A stretch of 54,774 nucleotides of DNA from Bacteroidales bacterium (GTDB lineage: Bacteria > Bacteroidota > Bacteroidia > Bacteroidales > UBA12077), in contig JBKGZA010000003.1 in the NCBI GenBank assembly GCA_046545815.1, forward strand, positions 1 to 54,774, read 5' to 3'. Below the pieces are notes generated by a model. The model saw only the letters and a list, made by a program, of their open reading frames with translations. It did no database searches and was not told where the DNA came from. Below, in pieces: positions 38,958-48,590 of the stretch (positions are counted from its first letter, which is position 1; every line of letters begins with the position of its first letter). Position numbers and translations under genes: made by a program.

Positions 38958-39426
38958 AATCAGATACTTTTTGTTCAAAACGGGCCGAAATATAACAAGA
39001 ATTGCTGGATTAGCAAGCCCCTGACCTGACGGATGAATTCCAGATCCGCCGAAATATCTCAAAATTAAACACATCATTCATTGCACTTCAACGGATGGCC
39101 ATTGCCGTTGAAATCTTTGTTTATGAAGCCTGCATGGAAGGTTACATTCTTAAAAAATTCACTCAGGGTTTTAGAAAAAGAGGAAAGGATTTTGTCCACC
39201 AGCTTAGCGGTTCCGAACCGATGAGCTGTTAGTTTGTAACCAATAATGGGTATTTTCTATATCGAACCACTCCACCCTTCAGCCTGAGAGTGGTTTTTCA
39301 GAACCATTACATATTGAATGGCTGGGATTATGGCACTATACAAGTCATTTCTGAACGAGGGCTTTAGCAGAAAGTTCGGTGGCGCTCATTCGCGATATCC
39401 TATATTAAATAGGAGATCAATGATAT

Positions 39427-39454
39427 AAAAAAAACCTCCGTTTGGAGGCTTTTT
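39427..39454 (-). terminator. tRNA terminator
   Basis: CCTCC/GGAGG hairpin flanked by A/T tracts immediately 3' of the tRNA. Confidence 0.65.
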
Positions 39455-39455
39455 G

Positions 39456-39528
39456 TGACTCAGCTGGGTCTCGAACCCAGGACCCTCGCCTTAAAAGGGC
39501 GATGCTCTACCAACTGAGCTACTGAGTC
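39456..39528 (-). tRNA. tRNA-Lys (TTT)
   Basis: GACTCAG acceptor stem, AGCTCAGTTGGTAGAGC D-arm, TCGCC-CTTTTAA-GGCGA anticodon arm, GGTTCGAGACC T-arm; CCA not encoded; TACTTTTG promoter at 39533-39540. Confidence 0.96.
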
Positions 39529-39760
39529 GGTGCAAAAGTAATACCTTATAAAATTTATACAAACTTTTAGCCGTATTTTTTTGAAAAAAATCACCTCACT
39601 AGATCAAATGGGTATTAATCAACTATAAAGCGAATCACACCACTTCTCCGGTTTTTCTTTCCCGCCTTTGAATGTTTATACCTGTACAAAGGTTTTGTCG
39701 TCTGTTTAAATGACAATTCTGAAAAAATAAATATTTTTAAGCGTTAAAAACGGCAACGAA

Positions 39761-40570
39761 ATGAATGGAAAAGTTATTATAATCACCGGAGCCTCATCAG
39801 GTATAGGCAAAGCCTGTGCTTATTTATTTTCGGATAAAGGAGCAAAAGTAGTTATTGCTGCACGTAATGAAAAGAAGCTAAGGGAAATAGAAAAAGACCT
39901 GAAAACTAAAAACAGGGAGGTAGTGGCAGTGAAAACGGACGTTTCCGTTAAAGCGGACTGTAAGAGACTTGTGGAGAAAACCGTCAGCGCTTTCGGCAAA
40001 ATTGACGTGCTTGTGAACAATGCCGGCTTGTCCATGAGGGGGCTTTTTGAAGATATTTCCCTGGAAGTAATTGAGAAACTCATGAATGTAAATTTCTGGG
40101 GAACCGTGTATTGTACAAATTTTGCTTTACCTCATCTTCTTAAAAGCCAGGGATCGGTAATAGGTATCTCCTCAATTGCCGGTTTTCAGGGTTTACCCGG
40201 AAGAACGGGATATTCCTCCTCTAAATTCGCCATGCATGGATTCCTGGAGACCTTAAGGGTAGAAATGCTGAGGAAAGGAGTTCACGTAATGATAGCCGCA
40301 CCTGGTTTTACCTCCTCTGGGGTTCGCAAATCAGCTTTGGGACCAGAAGGTAACGCCCAGGGAGAAAGCCCCAGGGATGAATCAAAAATGATGTCCCCGG
40401 AGCAAGTGGCGGAAAAAGTTGCCCGGGGTATAATAAAAAGGAAGCGCCTCATTGTCATGACTTCTAAAGGGAAGTTAACGGTGCTTTTAAAAAAATTCGC
40501 ACCAAACTTGTTGGATAAACTCACATATAAAACAATGGCAAAGGAACCCAACTCACCCTTAAGTAATTAG
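39761..40570 (+). CDS. classical SDR oxidoreductase
   Basis: TGASSGIG, VNNAG, YSSSK (YxxxK) motifs. Confidence 0.92.
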   Translation: MNGKVIIITGASSGIGKACAYLFSDKGAKVVIAARNEKKLREIEKDLKTKNREVVAVKTDVSVKADCKRLVEKTVSAFGKIDVLVNNAGLSMRGLFEDISLEVIEKLMNVNFWGTVYCTNFALPHLLKSQGSVIGISSIAGFQGLPGRTGYSSSKFAMHGFLETLRVEMLRKGVHVMIAAPGFTSSGVRKSALGPEGNAQGESPRDESKMMSPEQVAEKVARGIIKRKRLIVMTSKGKLTVLLKKFAPNLLDKLTYKTMAKEPNSPLSN

Positions 40571-40572
40571 AA

Positions 40573-41322
40573 ATGAATGGTGTAGAGCAAATCCTCATCC
40601 TCAGTCAATCGTTTCTTTATAATGCAAAATATACGAATGCAAGCCTTACGATTGGCCTACTCATTATTGGATTTTCAGGATACCATTATGTAAGCTTATT
40701 CCTTAATAACCGGGCAAAAAGATGGAAAAAAACGGAGGAAGACTATATTTCTATTATCGGTCAACGGCTTATTGGTTCTGTTTTCCTGGGAGTTATTCCC
40801 ATTCTTATATTTGTTTTACTCCAGGATAACAATTTCCGAAATTACGGAATCAATCTCTACAATTTTGATCAATCGCTTATTTGGATCAGTATATTCGCAC
40901 CCTTGATTGTTATGATGAACTGTTTTCTGGCTGGGAAACAATCGAAATCAGATGATTATCCTCAAATTCGTATTAAAAACTGGAATCCCAGGACGCTGAT
41001 AATAAATTTTACCACCTGGTTGGTTTATTTGTTTGCTTACGAAGCCTTTTTCAGGGGTCTTTTGTTGTTCTCATTTTATTATACCTTCAATAGCATTACG
41101 GCTGTTGTGGTGAATGTTATTTTATATGCTTTTGTGCACCTGCCGAAAGGACTCAGGGAAATGCTCGGTTCTGTTCCGTTTGGAATTATTTTGTGCGTAA
41201 TAACTATAAAAACAGGATCCTTCCTTGCTGCATTCCTGATTCATGGGATTATGGCCATCAGCTATGAATTTTTTTCGATAAAAGCCAATCCGGAGATGTC
41301 AATAAAAAATAAACGTATATGA
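40573..41322 (+). CDS. CPBP family intramembrane metalloprotease
   Basis: YEAFFRG, YAFVH, FLIHG motifs; multiple TMs. Confidence 0.8.
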   Translation: MNGVEQILILSQSFLYNAKYTNASLTIGLLIIGFSGYHYVSLFLNNRAKRWKKTEEDYISIIGQRLIGSVFLGVIPILIFVLLQDNNFRNYGINLYNFDQSLIWISIFAPLIVMMNCFLAGKQSKSDDYPQIRIKNWNPRTLIINFTTWLVYLFAYEAFFRGLLLFSFYYTFNSITAVVVNVILYAFVHLPKGLREMLGSVPFGIILCVITIKTGSFLAAFLIHGIMAISYEFFSIKANPEMSIKNKRI

Positions 41323-42308
41323 AGTATTTTATTACAGGCTCAACAGGTTTTATAGGAGCCCGTCTGGCTCAAAAACTGGCAGAAGAGGGACATGAAGTCA
41401 GAGCTCTGGTAAGAAGTGAAAGCAAGGCCAACCGCCTGTTGAAACATATAAACATCAAATGGTACTTCGGGAACCTTGATGATCTTGAGGTTTTAAAAAA
41501 AGCCATGAACGGTGTGGATGGTGTTTTTCACCTTGCTGCCTTTGCTCAGCCCTGGGCAAAAGACAAAACCACCTATAACCATATCAATCTTATTGGAACA
41601 CTCAATATATTTAACATAGCCAGAGATCAGCAGGTAAAAAGAATCGTATTTACTTCGACCGGCGGCACTTTTGGACCCTCTGCCGGCAAACCTCTGAATG
41701 AAGATTCACCCCGGTATTACGACTTCTTCAATGAATATGAAAGTACCAAATTTATGGGGGAAAAAAGGGCCAAAGACTACGTACTCCAAGGAATGGATAT
41801 CGTTGTTGTGCATCCAACCAGAGTTTACGGGCCTGGTGTGATATCCAAAAGCAATGCCATCACCCTTCTCGTTAAGAAATACCTCCGTGGTACCTGGTGG
41901 TTTATACCGGGAAACGGAAAAATGAGAGGAAATTATGTATTTGTAGAGGATGTGGTAAACGGCCATTATCTGGCTATGCAAAAAGGGATAAAGGGGGAAC
42001 AGTACATACTGGGAGGTGAAAATGCCTCTTATTCCAGGTTATTCCAGCTTATCAGAAAAATCAGCCGGAAAAAATATCCCCTCATCCCTGTACCAATTGC
42101 TGTACTGATTATATTTGTCTCTTGTCAGATGGCCATTTCCAGACTGATGAATAAAGCTCCGCTTTTACCCCCCAAGTGGGTGAGAAAATATATGTACAAC
42201 TGGGAACTTACTTCGGATAAGGCCAGGGAGGAACTGGATTACCAAATAACTCCCCTTAACGAAGGGTTATTAAAAACAGTCGAATGGATAAAAAAGCAAC
42301 GGCAATGA
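41319..42308 (+). CDS. NAD-dependent epimerase/dehydratase (dihydroflavonol reductase/3-beta-HSD-like extended SDR)
   Basis: TGSTGFIG, VFHLAA, YESTK, PTRVYGPG motifs. Confidence 0.9.
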   Translation: MKYFITGSTGFIGARLAQKLAEEGHEVRALVRSESKANRLLKHINIKWYFGNLDDLEVLKKAMNGVDGVFHLAAFAQPWAKDKTTYNHINLIGTLNIFNIARDQQVKRIVFTSTGGTFGPSAGKPLNEDSPRYYDFFNEYESTKFMGEKRAKDYVLQGMDIVVVHPTRVYGPGVISKSNAITLLVKKYLRGTWWFIPGNGKMRGNYVFVEDVVNGHYLAMQKGIKGEQYILGGENASYSRLFQLIRKISRKKYPLIPVPIAVLIIFVSCQMAISRLMNKAPLLPPKWVRKYMYNWELTSDKAREELDYQITPLNEGLLKTVEWIKKQRQ

Positions 42309-43114
42309 AGCATTCGAATAATCCGAAAAAATTGTATGCACTCATTACGGGTGCCAGTGTGGGTATAGGCAGGGCTCTTGCCATTGAATGTGCAAAAAGA
42401 AATTTGAATCTGTTACTGGTGGACCTTCCCGATTCCCGGCTTGACAGCACCATCAGGTATCTGGAGAAGCATCATTCGGTGGAGGTTCATTCTTTTGCTA
42501 TTGACTTAACTTTAACCAATGCTCCCATGGATATATATAACCACTGCAAGGGACTGGGGATCACTGTAAACATGCTGATCAACAATGCCGGACTGGGCCA
42601 TCTGGGCTCTTTTTGTGATTATGATTACCGGTTTTATGAAAATATTGTCCGGTTGAACATAGAATCGGTGGTACTTCTTACCAGGCTTTTTCTGCCGGAA
42701 ATGAGAAAACTTGAATATGCCTATATTCTTAACCTTGGAAGTCTGGCTGCTTTTTATCCCATACCCTTTAAAACGGTATATGCAGGCAGTAAAAATTTCA
42801 TTTATTCCTTTTCCAGGGCATTAAAGACAGAACTAAAAAACACCCCCGTAAAGGTCAGCGTATTGTGTCCCGGTCCCATTATGACCAATGAGGAAGTACT
42901 GGAAAGAATCCGTCGGGGAGGGATATTGGCAAAAATGTCAACCATGCGGGCCAACAAAATGGCAGAAATAGCCATATCCAGCCTATTAAGAGGCAAAACG
43001 GTAATTATCCCCGGTTTTGTGAACAAATTTCTCTCAAACTTGAATAAGATTACCCCCATTGCCCTGAGTCAGCACTTTCTTTTTAACAAATTCAATGTAA
43101 AAAGCAAAATATGA
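42305..43114 (+). CDS. SDR oxidoreductase
   Basis: TGASVGIG, INNAG, YAGSK, LCPGP motifs; ATGA overlap with the upstream stop. Confidence 0.9.
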   Translation: MKHSNNPKKLYALITGASVGIGRALAIECAKRNLNLLLVDLPDSRLDSTIRYLEKHHSVEVHSFAIDLTLTNAPMDIYNHCKGLGITVNMLINNAGLGHLGSFCDYDYRFYENIVRLNIESVVLLTRLFLPEMRKLEYAYILNLGSLAAFYPIPFKTVYAGSKNFIYSFSRALKTELKNTPVKVSVLCPGPIMTNEEVLERIRRGGILAKMSTMRANKMAEIAISSLLRGKTVIIPGFVNKFLSNLNKITPIALSQHFLFNKFNVKSKI

Positions 43115-43128
43115 AAAATCATGGGAGA

Positions 43129-43356
43129 TTAGAATTTGATCCTGGAAAAGAGCCAGAGCAGAAAGCTCAATACAATACTCAGCAGGATCATAGTTGTAAT
43201 GGGTGCATAAAAAACAAAATTCTCTCTTTTTATCTTTATATCACCGGGTAAATTGCCAAACCAGCTTAGTTTGTTGCCCAGGAAAAACAAGATAACTCCA
43301 ACGACAATCACAATAATACCAATAACAATTAGATATTTACCTATCTGATGCATCAT
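43129..43356 (-). CDS. DUF2905 domain protein
   Basis: WFGNLPGDI.I.RENF.FYAPITT motif. Confidence 0.88.
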   Translation of the reverse strand: MMHQIGKYLIVIGIIVIVVGVILFFLGNKLSWFGNLPGDIKIKRENFVFYAPITTMILLSIVLSFLLWLFSRIKF

Positions 43357-43487
43357 GAAGCCGGAATTTTTGCCACGACCCAAAGTTAACAATATGAGAG
43401 AAAATATTTGTACGTTAGTATAAGTTTATAATTTTTGAAGAAGATGGAGATTGATTTTTTTTTTAAACAAATTAATTTTTGATTCGT

Positions 43488-44006
43488 ATGAAAAAACACA
43501 GCATCATTTTGTACTCGGCCGTCATTATTTCAGTGTTTGCATTGCTCTATCATCTGGAGAAACCGGATGAAAAACGAAAAAGTGAGGTCAATACATTCTT
43601 AAAAAGACATGAAGGTGAAAAAGGAATAGCTGTTTTGAAAGTACCTGATTTTTTGCTTGGCGAATTACTAAATAGTGATTCTTTAAATTTCAGCAAAAAT
43701 TCGTTCGAATCTTTTAGAATAATGATCTTGCATGAAAAACAAAATCAATCCAGAACCTGCAACGGGACAGAAGAAGGACTGAGGGGGTTTCTGGACAGTC
43801 TTAAATTTCAGCCCGTGCTGGAATCGGTTGGGACCGATTCGGCCCGGATGAAAATATTCAACAAAAACATTACAAATCCATGGAAAGAAAATGTGACCAT
43901 CTATACATCCGACTCAACATTCTTTCTGTTTAACTTTATAACTGATATTGACAATGAGGAGGTAAAAAGATTTTCAGAACACTTGAGCTACCAAAACATT
44001 TTGTAA
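43488..44006 (+). CDS. membrane-anchored/exported hypothetical protein (DUF4252-like)
   Basis: N-terminal hydrophobic segment; loose DUF4252-like pattern. Confidence 0.6.
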   Translation: MKKHSIILYSAVIISVFALLYHLEKPDEKRKSEVNTFLKRHEGEKGIAVLKVPDFLLGELLNSDSLNFSKNSFESFRIMILHEKQNQSRTCNGTEEGLRGFLDSLKFQPVLESVGTDSARMKIFNKNITNPWKENVTIYTSDSTFFLFNFITDIDNEEVKRFSEHLSYQNIL

Positions 44007-44018
44007 TATAAGATAATC

Positions 44019-44034
44019 TGGCAGAGAATTTGAG
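44019..44034 (+). promoter_or_regulatory. possible sigma-54 promoter for the downstream lipoprotein
   Basis: TGGCAG-AGAAT-TTGAG; correct spacing but an imperfect -12 box. Confidence 0.4.
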
Positions 44035-44116
44035 AAATGCTTAAAAAACAAACAGACAATAAACAGATGAATGAAAAGCACAAATTGAAAGTAGAAACAC
44101 AAAAAGACAGAAGATT

Positions 44117-45265
44117 ATGAATGCAATGAAGAAAATTTTAACATTAATGGTGATTGGGTCAGTGTTAATATTCACTGGCTGCGAGAAAGATGACACGGTA
44201 GAGACTCTGGACAAGGAGGATGCGGTTCAAACCCTGGAGAAGAATGATGAAGAATTAAAGGCCAGCCTGAAAGAAATAGAAAGCACTGAAGGGATGCAGG
44301 CCATACAAACGCTTGAGGGGCTGACACAGAAGGATGATCCCTTCAGTGATGAGACCAAATCAGGGGGCGGTGAAATAATCATAGAAAACCTGCAGAAAGT
44401 TCTGCGGCCCACTGATAACAAACAGCTCAAAAGAGAGGGCAGCTATCCTTTTGATTTCGACAATTGGGTTGGTACTTACGAATGGCAGGATACCAAAGAA
44501 TGGAATGTTAAGCGGGAAGACCCGGATGATCAGATCATCATTAAATTTCCTACAGATACCACTCAGGAATCACCTGAAAACAACGCTGTTTTAACCTTAA
44601 CGGACTACAGTGAATTTGAAACCACTGATTCTTTGGGTAATACGGTTTATGTAGCGGATACGGTTAAGATGACACTGGAGATCGATGGTAAAGAAGTACT
44701 GAATGTAGATTACGCGCTTGACTACGACAATGAGCTCGATGCAGTTCAATCGCTTGAAGCAACTGTTTATCTGAAACCTTTCACCTGGGAACTTTCGATG
44801 TCGGAAGAGAAGGTTGAAGCCGCCCTGATCAACGAAAACAACGGAAATGTACTGGTATCCTTCTCCTTTGAGATTACTTTTAGGGATAATATGGAGGATG
44901 CCGAAAAACTGAACGGCTATGTTCAGCTTCACAATCTGAGACTGGACGGCGGTATCAAGCCCTATAACCTTCAAAGACTTGAGGACGAGACTTTCCTGGT
45001 AGAAAACGAACTGACTTCTTTCGATGATATGGTAGAGTATGTGAATGAGCAAATTGACATCTCCCTTTACAAAGCGGATACCGGGAATAAAATTGCGGAT
45101 ATGAAAGTGATTTTAGACGAAGAATCGGAGGATGATATCCCTGTTCAGCCAGTACTGGTGTTCGAAGACGGCTCCGAAGAACCTGCCGGACAATATTTCG
45201 AGAATGTCAGCAATTACATAAAAAGCATTCTTGAAACCTATAACCTGGAGAAATCAAAAATCTAA
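44117..45265 (+). CDS. acidic lipoprotein, hypothetical
   Basis: Lipobox FTGC followed by EKDD; strongly D/E-rich. Confidence 0.85.
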   Translation: MNAMKKILTLMVIGSVLIFTGCEKDDTVETLDKEDAVQTLEKNDEELKASLKEIESTEGMQAIQTLEGLTQKDDPFSDETKSGGGEIIIENLQKVLRPTDNKQLKREGSYPFDFDNWVGTYEWQDTKEWNVKREDPDDQIIIKFPTDTTQESPENNAVLTLTDYSEFETTDSLGNTVYVADTVKMTLEIDGKEVLNVDYALDYDNELDAVQSLEATVYLKPFTWELSMSEEKVEAALINENNGNVLVSFSFEITFRDNMEDAEKLNGYVQLHNLRLDGGIKPYNLQRLEDETFLVENELTSFDDMVEYVNEQIDISLYKADTGNKIADMKVILDEESEDDIPVQPVLVFEDGSEEPAGQYFENVSNYIKSILETYNLEKSKI

Positions 45266-45314
45266 AGCCAGGTTTAAGCATTTCAAAAAAACATAAAAGG
45301 GGGCTTGGTTTTGG

Positions 45315-45648
45315 TCAGGCCCCCATTTTATGTTTGAGGGTTAGCACGGTAATTTCCGCTCTTATGCCTATTCTTCCGGGAAATCCGATATAACCCAATC
45401 CTTTATTGACATACAGATACCGATCATTTAATCTGTATAATCCACCCCACTCCCTATATTTCCACTTTGAAGGACTCCACCTGAATTTTCCGGTATATAT
45501 TCCGAATTGCATACCATGCGTATGTCCTGAAAGGGTGAGTTGTATATCATCCCTTTCCAAAACCTGTTCTTTCCAGTGGCTTGGATCATGAGAAAGCAAC
45601 ATAAATGCTGCAGCTATGTATGAAACAAGAGAATTTTTTTTTAGCCAT
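45315..45648 (-). pseudogene. C-terminal remnant of a YkuE-like metallophosphoesterase
   Basis: LLSHDP, LSGHTHGMQ, YVNKGLG, GRIGIRAEITV present; DxH, GDxxD and GNHD absent; upstream ATG at 45648 is out of frame across an A9 run. Confidence 0.75.
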
Positions 45649-45900
45649 GGATTATCAGAATATTATCCGTTAGCCTCTGATTAATGTTGTTTGTTTAAAG
45701 ATAACCAAATATGAGTCCGGTTTAAAAAGCTGGATTTTGGCTGGTAAGGCACTCTATTAGATTACTGAAATTCAATAGATAATTTCAATATAATTAGCTA
45801 AGTATAGCCGCGCCTTTTTAGACTAGCCTCAAATATAATTCATACAACAGAGCATATTTTTTGTAATAAAATAGATGACAACAATCATATAAACTGCATT

Positions 45901-45936
45901 AAAATATCCGGTGCGTTAAAACACCGGATATTTTTT
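45901..45936. terminator. intrinsic terminator
   Basis: AAAATATCCGGTG/CACCGGATATTTT inverted repeat just past the stop at 45958. Confidence 0.75.
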
Positions 45937-45957
45937 AATCGGGCTTTTTATCCCTGT

Positions 45958-47082
45958 TTATCTGAAACTGATTCCCAGGCCAGCCGTTGCAACGGAATAA
46001 TCGGAATAGGTATAATCGAAATGCAGGGTAATGACTGCGAATTTAAATCTTATGCCTGCATTATACCTTGGTCGTGTTTGGCTTCCGCTCTGATGTTTGA
46101 TCTCCATATCAACGGGATCTGTTTTGGAGCTTTCCTTTGTAATTTCCATTTGTGTATTATCCGGGTTATAGGCAGGCAAAGGATAGTTTCCGTTCAAAGC
46201 CAGACTGGAATGCACATTGTTGAATCCAACGCCCCCGTAAAAAGTTACTACCGGCAAATTTGCGGACACCAACAGGTTGGATGTAAAACTCCTGATATCC
46301 ATAGCCATTTCCTGGTTGCTGTAATTGTAAGATTCGTCTAACTCATAATCCCATATATTGTCTTGATCAATAAGTCCGGCCTCCACATAATCTTCCGGCA
46401 CAAAATTCAGGCCGGTTTGCGAACTAAGATGGGTATAGCCGCCCATAACCGAAACATGGAGAATGGGAAGTTTGTTAAGTACAGGAACCCATTGTTTGAG
46501 AGAATGTTTTACCCCAACACCCAATAAACCGATTTCAGCCTGGTTCCCCAGTTGCATATCCGGGATATATCTTCCCATCACTTCAGTGTCTTTGAACAAT
46601 CCCAGTCCAACCTGCAGCATCGGAGCCGGTGCAAAGCTGATTCCAGTACCTTTGGGCAGATCAAAGGAAGCCAAAGTATATTCTTGTCCATCTATTGTTT
46701 CTGTGAAGTTTAGTGTGGCACCGGGCTCATTGGCTCCCATTGCTGTGGGTGAAGAAGTAGCCTCGGTCTCTATCTCCTTAAGATCAAGGGACTGTGGATT
46801 AAATGTTTTATGAGCATCGGGCACAAAAGTAGTATTCAAGGTAAACGTGATATCGAATCCAAGTGTTTTATGAGGTTTTGCCGTGTTGTACCATCCGCTC
46901 GAGAGATTAGTTCCCAATGCATTGGTATAGGGACGGATATATTCTTTCATCAAAATTTCGGCATTTCCGGTCTGATAGGAAATAACTTTGCCAAGACCAT
47001 CAAGCTGGGCTTTTGCAGGAAATATAAAGCCCATTACAATAACGCCGGTTAACAATAATTTAGAAATTGATCTATTTTTCAT
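45958..47082 (-). CDS. exported outer-membrane protein (DUF6588-like)
   Basis: Signal peptide (AKA-Q), SGWYNTAKPHKTLGFD, GVGVKHS..QW, C-terminal GLGISFR. Confidence 0.78.
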   Translation of the reverse strand: MKNRSISKLLLTGVIVMGFIFPAKAQLDGLGKVISYQTGNAEILMKEYIRPYTNALGTNLSSGWYNTAKPHKTLGFDITFTLNTTFVPDAHKTFNPQSLDLKEIETEATSSPTAMGANEPGATLNFTETIDGQEYTLASFDLPKGTGISFAPAPMLQVGLGLFKDTEVMGRYIPDMQLGNQAEIGLLGVGVKHSLKQWVPVLNKLPILHVSVMGGYTHLSSQTGLNFVPEDYVEAGLIDQDNIWDYELDESYNYSNQEMAMDIRSFTSNLLVSANLPVVTFYGGVGFNNVHSSLALNGNYPLPAYNPDNTQMEITKESSKTDPVDMEIKHQSGSQTRPRYNAGIRFKFAVITLHFDYTYSDYSVATAGLGISFR

Positions 47083-47229
47083 AGCAATAATTTTTTGATT
47101 TATCTTTGAACTGTTTTTCCACATTTTTACGACAAAATTTTAGATTTGTTTGTTTATCTTTTGATGGATGCTATAGATTGAAAGCAAATATCAAACCAAA
47201 AGCGTAAAAATACAAACCTGTGCAATTTC

Positions 47230-48522
47230 ATGGCAATTAATCAACCATTAGCAGACCGGCTGCGTCCAAAAACACTGGATGAATTTATCGGACAGGAACA
47301 CCTGGTGGGAGAAAATGCCGCTTTGCGCAAGATCATCGAGTCAGGCAACATACCCTCCTTCATACTATGGGGACCGCCAGGTACTGGTAAGACCACCCTT
47401 GCCAAAATCATTGCCCATGAGCACAACCGGATTTTTTTTACATTAAGTGCCGTACATTCCGGCGTGAAAGATGTCAGAGAGACCATAGAAAAAGCCCGGA
47501 AACAAAGGTTCTTTGATACGCCTAATCCCATTCTCTTCATAGATGAAATACACCGTTTCAGCAAATCACAGCAGGATTCTCTGCTTGGTGCTGTAGAACA
47601 GGGAGTTATAACACTAATTGGGGCCACCACCGAGAACCCCTCTTTTGAAGTAATATCCCCCCTCCTTTCCCGGTGTCAGGTATACCTTCTGGAATCCCTT
47701 TCTGAAAAGGAACTGGACAAACTGCTCTACAGAGCCTTTCATGAGGACCTTTATCTGAAGAAATACAACATTTCAGTTGAGGAAAAAAGTGAATTGTTAA
47801 GATTTTCGGGAGGAGATGCCCGTAAACTATACAATATCGTTGAGCTTGTTGTAAACGCAGAAATAGCCGATGATCCGGATAAGAAGATTGTCATCAACAA
47901 TGAAAAAGTAAAACATATTTTGCAAAAGCATATCGCTTTCTACGACAAAAATGCCGATCAGCATTACGACATCATTTCTGCATTCATCAAGTCCGTCAGA
48001 GGCAGTGACCCGAATGCTGCAGTTTACTGGCTGGCCCGGATGGTGGAAGGTGGCGAAGATCCAAGGTTTATTGCCAGGAGGCTTGTCATTCTTGCCTCTG
48101 AAGATATCGGACTGGCAAATCCCAATGCCCTGCTTATGGCCAACAGCTGTTTTGATGCCGTGGAAAGGATCGGCTGGCCCGAATCAAGGATCATACTTTC
48201 TGAAGCTGCCATCTACCTGGCCACCTCCCCAAAAAGCAATTCTGCCTACCAGGCAATCAATGATGCCCAGCAACAGGTGAAGCAGACAGGTGACCTCTCC
48301 GTCCCCCTGAACATACGCAATGCCCCGACAAAACTGATGAAGGAGCTGGGATATGGCAAAGACTATAAATATGCCCATCACTATGAAGACAATTTTATCC
48401 GGGAAGAATTCCTCCCTGAAAAAATTTCAGGGCATATCCTATACATACCCCAAAACAACAAAAAAGAACAAGAGATACTCCAACGGTTAAAAAACTGGTG
48501 GAAGAATAAATACAAATATTAA
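47230..48522 (+). CDS. rarA: replication-associated recombination protein A
   Basis: PLADRLRP, WGPPGTGKTT, DEIHRF, GATTENPSFE, ISAFIKSVRGSD motifs. Confidence 0.95.
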   Translation: MAINQPLADRLRPKTLDEFIGQEHLVGENAALRKIIESGNIPSFILWGPPGTGKTTLAKIIAHEHNRIFFTLSAVHSGVKDVRETIEKARKQRFFDTPNPILFIDEIHRFSKSQQDSLLGAVEQGVITLIGATTENPSFEVISPLLSRCQVYLLESLSEKELDKLLYRAFHEDLYLKKYNISVEEKSELLRFSGGDARKLYNIVELVVNAEIADDPDKKIVINNEKVKHILQKHIAFYDKNADQHYDIISAFIKSVRGSDPNAAVYWLARMVEGGEDPRFIARRLVILASEDIGLANPNALLMANSCFDAVERIGWPESRIILSEAAIYLATSPKSNSAYQAINDAQQQVKQTGDLSVPLNIRNAPTKLMKELGYGKDYKYAHHYEDNFIREEFLPEKISGHILYIPQNNKKEQEILQRLKNWWKNKYKY

Positions 48523-48523
48523 C

Positions 48524-48580
48524 AGTACCTTACCGGGCAAGTTTTGCCAAAAAAGCAAGAATTTGCCCGGTAAGCGCCTA
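48524..48580. repeat. 57-bp hairpin repeat module B (copy 2)
   Basis: AGTACCTTACCGGGCAA...TTGCCCGGTAAGCGCCTA fills most of the rarA-kdsA gap. Confidence 0.8.
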
Positions 48581-48590
48581 AAAAAACTAA

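Noticed and set aside
39076-39256. Startless minus-strand frame (...GYKLTAHRFGTAKLVDKIL...)
   Set aside because: No start codon or recognisable family; cannot be supported as a gene
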